A stretch of 63,654 bases of DNA, counting the filler, from Lama guanicoe (Eukaryota): assembly GCA_013239625.1 (NCBI GenBank). It is 144 parts of 144 records of this genome, joined end to end, with 100 filler letters (N's around TTAATTAATTAA, not from the genome) between each part and the next. Parts side by side here need not be neighbours in the genome. Positions count along the whole stretch, not along the records: positions 62,423 to 62,766 come from PNXV01057262.1; positions 62,867 to 63,210 come from PNXV01057263.1; positions 63,311 to 63,654 come from PNXV01057264.1; 141 more parts are not named here. One strand, written 5' to 3'. Under the pieces are notes generated by a model. That model was not told where the DNA came from, did no database searches, and saw only the letters and a list, made by a program, of their open reading frames with translations. Below, one piece after another: positions 62,690 to 63,654 of this stretch. How positions within the stretch are numbered: position 1 is the first letter of the stretch; each line of letters begins with the position of its first letter. A program made the position numbers and the translations under genes.

Positions 62690-63310
62690 CTAGGAGGGCC
62701 GAGACATGGAAATGATCACATCACACAATTCACCTGTTTTACTGGGTCAGGTCACCTTTTTTTTTTNNNNNNNNNNNNNNNNNNNNNNNNNNNNNNNNNN
62801 NNNNNNNNNNTTAATTAATTAANNNNNNNNNNNNNNNNNNNNNNNNNNNNNNNNNNNNNNNNNNNNAAGAGAGCTACTTTCAGCATCTGGAAAGAGAGGT
62901 TTCTTGTGAGTAACCAGGTTTCTGAGAATAAACCAAGCTTTTAGAGAAGGGCAGGGACCTTTAAATGAAGGGAATCACAATTAGTTAATGGCTGAAGCAA
63001 ATAGAAATCCAATGGCATTGGAGGTTGTTCCTGATACCTATTTAGAGGAATTTATTCATCTGAAAAATCTAATCTACTAGGGAAAATTACTTTGCTTCCC
63101 TTATCAAAAAAGGGAGGATGCCATATAAATACAGAAGTTGATTTTCATTTCTACTGCATGTGCTGTTAGGAATTAGCATTCCTTTATGACCTGGAGAAAC
63201 TTTAAAAACCNNNNNNNNNNNNNNNNNNNNNNNNNNNNNNNNNNNNNNNNNNNNTTAATTAATTAANNNNNNNNNNNNNNNNNNNNNNNNNNNNNNNNNN
63301 NNNNNNNNNN

Positions 63311-63654
63311 AAAAAAAAAACTAGAATAGCTTAATTAACTTTTAAAAAAGAAGTAAAGTTGTAATGCAAACAATAAAAGAACACTAAATAATGTCTAGTC
63401 ATATTCCAAAGCCATAGTTATTTTTTAAAAGTGGCACTGGTATAAGACATGACAAACAGATCAATGAAACAATATTGATAGAACTGACACAGAATCGTGC
63501 CTGCATGAGCAACAAATTTTCTACAAGGCAAAAGAAAAAAGGCAATTTCATGGAGAAAGGATGAACTTTTCAACAAATGGGGATGGACTAATTAGATATA
63601 GGTATGCAAAATATTGAACTTGGGTCTATGACTCATACAAAAATTCACAAAAAA
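63311..63654 (+). mobile_element. Old L1M ORF2 fragment
   Basis: gtggcactggtataag ... aaacagatcaatgaaac ... aatttcatggagaaaggatgaacttttcaacaaatgg ... tatgcaaaa. Confidence 0.75.

Noticed and set aside
197..62818. The remaining short ORFs in the track, especially those ending in X-runs plus LIN or N
   Set aside because: They end in the artificial spacer, often start at non-ATG codons, lie in repeats or GC-rich noncoding DNA, and show no recognisable domain.
343..63310. Regularly spaced palindromic TTAATTAATTAA with unique intervening sequences resembling a CRISPR or integron cassette array
   Set aside because: Each copy is flanked by exactly 44 N on both sides and the inserts are size-sorted mammalian DNA. 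It is a bioinformatic linker.

Overview
This window is not a contiguous locus. It is an artificial concatenation of about 144 unrelated contigs of 339-344 bp. Each is joined to the next by an identical 100-bp spacer (N44-TTAATTAATTAA-N44, stops in all six frames), and they are sorted by increasing length (342, 343, then 344 bp). The DNA is mammalian, and tRNA-Ala-derived Vic-1-type SINEs point to a camelid (camel/alpaca/llama). Most fragments are intronic, intergenic or interspersed repeats (L1, L2, MIR, CR1, MaLR/ERVL, ERV1 LTRs, Tigger1, MER5). Recognisable coding pieces: an OR4A-like olfactory receptor, a GABRG3 exon end, a TRPV5 exon, a butyrophilin B30.2 C-terminus and a LAIR1-like Ig exon. 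Two apparently disabled genes are the most interesting: an intron-retaining, decayed otoferlin (OTOF) copy with an in-frame stop, and a frameshifted HP-25 (hibernation protein, C1q family) homolog. No multi-gene system, CRISPR array or operon can be inferred because neighbouring fragments are unlinked. All family assignments come from recalled sequences, not database searches.
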